A DNA stretch of 64,000 nucleotides from the NCBI RefSeq assembly GCF_964194155.1, contig NW_027596187.1, forward strand, positions 558,001 to 622,000. The letters run 5' to 3'. Below, in pieces: positions 60,925 to 64,000 of this stretch. The position numbers and the translations under genes are program-made. The notes under the pieces are model-generated. The model did not search any database and was not told the origin of the DNA. It saw only the letters and a list, made by a program, of their open reading frames with translations. The first letter of the stretch is position 1, and every line of letters begins with the position of its first letter. This DNA is from Cetorhinus maximus. Lineage: Eukaryota.

Positions 60925-61510
60925 ATCCGCCACCTCCCAGACCCACGGCCGCTACCATCTAGCAGGACAAGGGCAGCAGAGAGATGGGAACACCACCACC
61001 TGGAAGTTCCCCTCCAAGCCTGACTTGGAAATATATCGGCTGTTCCTTCACTGTCGCCGGGTGAAAATCCTGGAACTCCCTCCCTAACAGCACTGGGGGT
61101 GTACCTACACCACACGGACAAAATCCTGGAACTCCCTCCCTAACAGCACTGTGGGTGTACCTACACCACAGGGACAAAATCCTGGAACTCCCTCCCTAAC
61201 AGCACTGGGGGTGTACCTACACCACACGGACAAAATCCTGGAACTCCCTCCCTAACAGCACTGGGGGTGTACCTACACCACACGGACAAAATCCTGGAAC
61301 TCCCTCCCTAACAGCACTGGGGGTGTACCTACACCACATGGACAAAATCCTGGAACTCCCTCCCTAACAGCACTGGGGGTGTACCTACACCACATGGACT
61401 GCAGCGGCTCAAGAAGGCAGCTCACCCCCACCTTCTCAAGGGGCAATAAGGGATGGGCAATGAATGCTGGGCCCAGCCAGCAATGCCCATATCCTATGAA
61501 TGAATAGAAA
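60925..61510 (+). mobile_element. Family-2 LINE 3' end containing six tandem 56-bp copies (61064-61399)
   Basis: AAAATCCTGGAACTCCCTCCCTAACAGCACTGGGGGTGTACCTACACCACACGGAC at 61064, 61120, 61176, 61232, 61288, 61344. Confidence 0.9.
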
Positions 61511-61619
61511 TAAAACCTGCTGTCTCATGCAATGGGTGGCACTTCTCCACCCCATTAACCTGTCCATTGGGAATGGTTTCATCTCACTGTCAGAATTAGT
61601 CCTCAGGGAAGGCAGTGTT

Positions 61620-61774
61620 CCAGGAAGGACTACAACTCCCAGAATCCCCTTATAAGTGATATCCGGTCAGATGGTCATCGTGCTGACGTCACCTCCGGCA
61701 CTGCCAACCAGCGGCAGCCTGAGTCTGCACATTACTGTCTCGCGCTCTCTCCCTCTCTCTCTGTCGGAGGGAAC
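61620..61774 (+). promoter_or_regulatory. UFC1 promoter / 5' UTR
   Basis: ZNF143-associated motif ACTACAACTCCCAGAAT at 61629-61645, CRE TGACGTCA at 61684-61691; ETS motifs ACTTCCGG in the adjacent CpG-rich intron. Confidence 0.8.
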
Positions 61775-61897
61775 ATGGCGGACGAGACTACTCGCCGCAT
61801 CCTGAGCGGAATCCCGCTGCTACGCGCCAACGCGGGCCCGCGCGACGGCGAGCGCTGGCTGGAGCGGCTGAAGGAGGAGTACCAGGCGCTCATCAAG
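61775..61897 (+). CDS. UFC1: Ubiquitin-fold modifier-conjugating enzyme 1, exon 1 (41 codons; rest of gene beyond the window)
   Basis: [41 protein letters not shown] matches the recalled UFC1 N-terminus (MADEATRR...NAGPRD...W..RLKEEYQ.LI); Kozak aacATGG; donor AAG|GTAACG, phase 0. Confidence 0.95.
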
Positions 61898-62156
61898 GTA
61901 ACGTCTGCCGCCTTTACTCCCGGCCCCGCCGCCCGGGAGCTCGGAGCCTGGTGTCACTGTGAAAGGCGTTCGACGGAACAACTTCCGTTCGGCCACTTCC
62001 GGTGCCAGCGCAAGGGTGGATTCGGCTGGGTGTCACCCTCAAATAGTGTCCGGCGGCGCACTTCCGGTTTGTGGGTTCGGCCACCTTCCCCCGTTCTGAT
62101 TGGCTCCGCCATCCTCGTGCTGTGCTGAAGTTGCACGTCTTAGAGCAAAGCATTAT

Positions 62157-62365
62157 GGGGGCAGGCGGTGGCTCCATAGTATTGTCCCTGGACCCAGGGT
62201 CATGCTCTGGGGAACCTGGTTCGAATCCCACCCTGGCAGATGGTGAAATTTGAATTCAATAAAAATGTGGAATTAATAGGGATGATAAACATGAAACCAT
62301 TGCTGATTGTTGGAAAAACCCATCTGGTTATCTGCTGTCATTTCCTGGTCTGGTGACTCCAGCAA
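62157..62365 (+). mobile_element. SINE family B, internally deleted, in UFC1 intron 1
   Basis: B-box GGTTCGAATCCC, GGCAGATGGTGAAATTTGAATTC, AAAACCCATCTGG. Confidence 0.8.
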
Positions 62366-62367
62366 TA

Positions 62368-64000
62368 AGTAACAAATACTTTACATCCGTCTTCACCCAA
62401 GAGAATGAGGATGAAGGTATCGAGCTCGGGGAGAGAGACTGCGAGGTTCTTGAGCAAATTGATATGGGGGGTGACGAGGTATCGGAGGTGTTGGTAGCCT
62501 TAAAAATGGACAAATCTCCAGGTCCGGATGATTTGTGTCCCAGACTGCTGAGGGAGGCAAGGGAGGAGATCGCAGGGGCTCTGACCCAAATTTTTAATCC
62601 TCTCTGGCCACAGGGGAGGTGCCAGAGGACTGGAGAGCAGCTAATGTGGTTCTGCTATTTAAGAAGGGTTGCAGAGAGAAGCCAGGGAACTACAGGCCAG
62701 TGAGTCTCACGTCAGTGGTAGGGAAACTATTGGAGAAAATTCTGAAGGAGAGAATCTATCTCCACTTGGAGAGGGAAGATTTTAATCAGGGATAATCAGC
62801 ATGGCTTTGTCAGAGGGAGGTCATGCCTAACAAATTTGATTGAATTTTTTGAGGAGGTGACCAGGTGTGTAGATGAGGGTAGTGCAGTTGATGTAGTTTA
62901 TATGGATTTCAGCAAAGCCTTTGACAAGGTCCCACATGGGAGACTTATGAAGAAGGCAAAGGCACATGGGATACAGGGTAATCTGATAAGGTGGATTCAA
63001 AATTGGCTTAGTTGTGGGAGACAGAGGGTGATGACAGAAGGATGCTTTAGTGACTGGATGCCAGTGTCCAGTGGCGTACCACAGAGATCTGTGCTGGGTC
63101 CCCTATTATTTGTCATTAAATAAACGACATAGATGACTATGTAGGGGGGTAGGATTAGTAAATTTGCAGATGACGCAAAGATTGGCCGGGTGGTTAACAG
63201 TGAGGTTGAGTGTCTTGGGCTGCAGGAAGATATAGATGGGATGGTCAAATGGGCAGATGGAATTTAACCCTGAAAAGCATGAGGTGATACACTTTGGAAG
63301 GAGTAATTTGACAAGGAAGTATTCAATGAACGGCATGACACTAGGAAGTTCTGAGGAACAGAGGGATCTTGGCGTGTGTGTCCATAGATCTCTGAAGGCA
63401 GAGGGGCATGTTAGTGGGGTGGTGAAAAAGGCATATGGGACACTTGCTTTTGTCAATCAAGGCATAGATTACAACAGTAGGGAGGTCATGTTGGAGTTGT
63501 ATAGAACCTTGGTGAGGCCACAGCTGGAGTACTGTGTGCAGTTCTGGTCGCCACATTATAGGAAGGATATGATTGCACTGGAGGGGGTGCAGAGGAGATT
63601 CACCAGGATGTTGCCTGGGATGAAACATTTAAGTTATGAAGAGAGGTTGGATAGACTTGGGTTGTTTTCACTGGAGCAGAGAAGACTGAGGGGCGACCTG
63701 ATCGAGGTGTACAAGATTATGAGGGGCATGGATAGGGTGGATAGGGAGCAGCTGTTCCCCTTAGTTGAAGGGTCAGTCATGAGGGGGCATAAGTTCAAGG
63801 TGAGGGGCAAGAGGTTTAGGGGGGAATGTGAGGAAAACCTTTTTTACCCAGAGGGTGGTGACGGTCTGGAATGCGTTGCCTGGGAGGGTGGTGGAGGCGG
63901 GTTGCCTCACATCCTTTAAAAAGTACCTGGATGAGCACTTGGCACGTCATAACATTCAAGGCTATGGGCCAAGTGCTGGTAAATGGGATTAGGTAGGTAG
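62368..64000 (+). mobile_element. CR1 LINE RT to 3' end in UFC1 intron 1, frameshifted
   Basis: DKSPGPDDLCPRLL, YMDFSKAFDKVPHG, GVPQRSVLGPLLF, KFADDAK, LVRPQLEYCVQFWSP. Confidence 0.95.

Noticed and set aside
61898-62128. C-terminal 76 aa of the 117-aa ORF at 61775
   Set aside because: UFC1 similarity ends at the AAG|GTAACG donor; the rest is intron read-through

Overview
Vertebrate genomic DNA, most likely a cartilaginous fish (inferred from SacSINE1/DeuSINE-like SINEs, abundant HER1/CR1-type LINEs, Penelope-like and Harbinger remnants). Most of the window is repeat. There are five large tandem arrays (62-bp, G-rich 18-bp, 17-bp, 21-32-bp and 24-bp units), many nested CR1/L2/RTE/Tx1 LINE fragments, two probable solo LTRs, a KIAA1586-like hAT transposase fossil, a Harbinger Myb/SANT remnant and a 276-N gap. 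Genes supported by sequence: a 10-finger C2H2 gene on the minus strand (19570-20672), a divergently oriented C2H2 gene on the plus strand (9 fingers at 51080-51954 plus a 2-finger duplicated exon at 54323-54591), UFC1 exon 1 with its promoter (61775-61897), and a candidate 16-nt first coding exon of an unidentified minus-strand gene at a CpG promoter near 5.6-6.1 kb. The most unusual signals are around the plus-strand ZNF gene: a phase-compatible upstream (SQQELPSR)n repeat exon, an alternative read-through into a decayed CR1 that stays open for about 280 codons, and a CAGATCCCAGC-core repeat downstream of both ZNF promoters. No database searches were possible. Family names come from recalled motifs, and repeat boundaries are approximate unless exact junctions are quoted.
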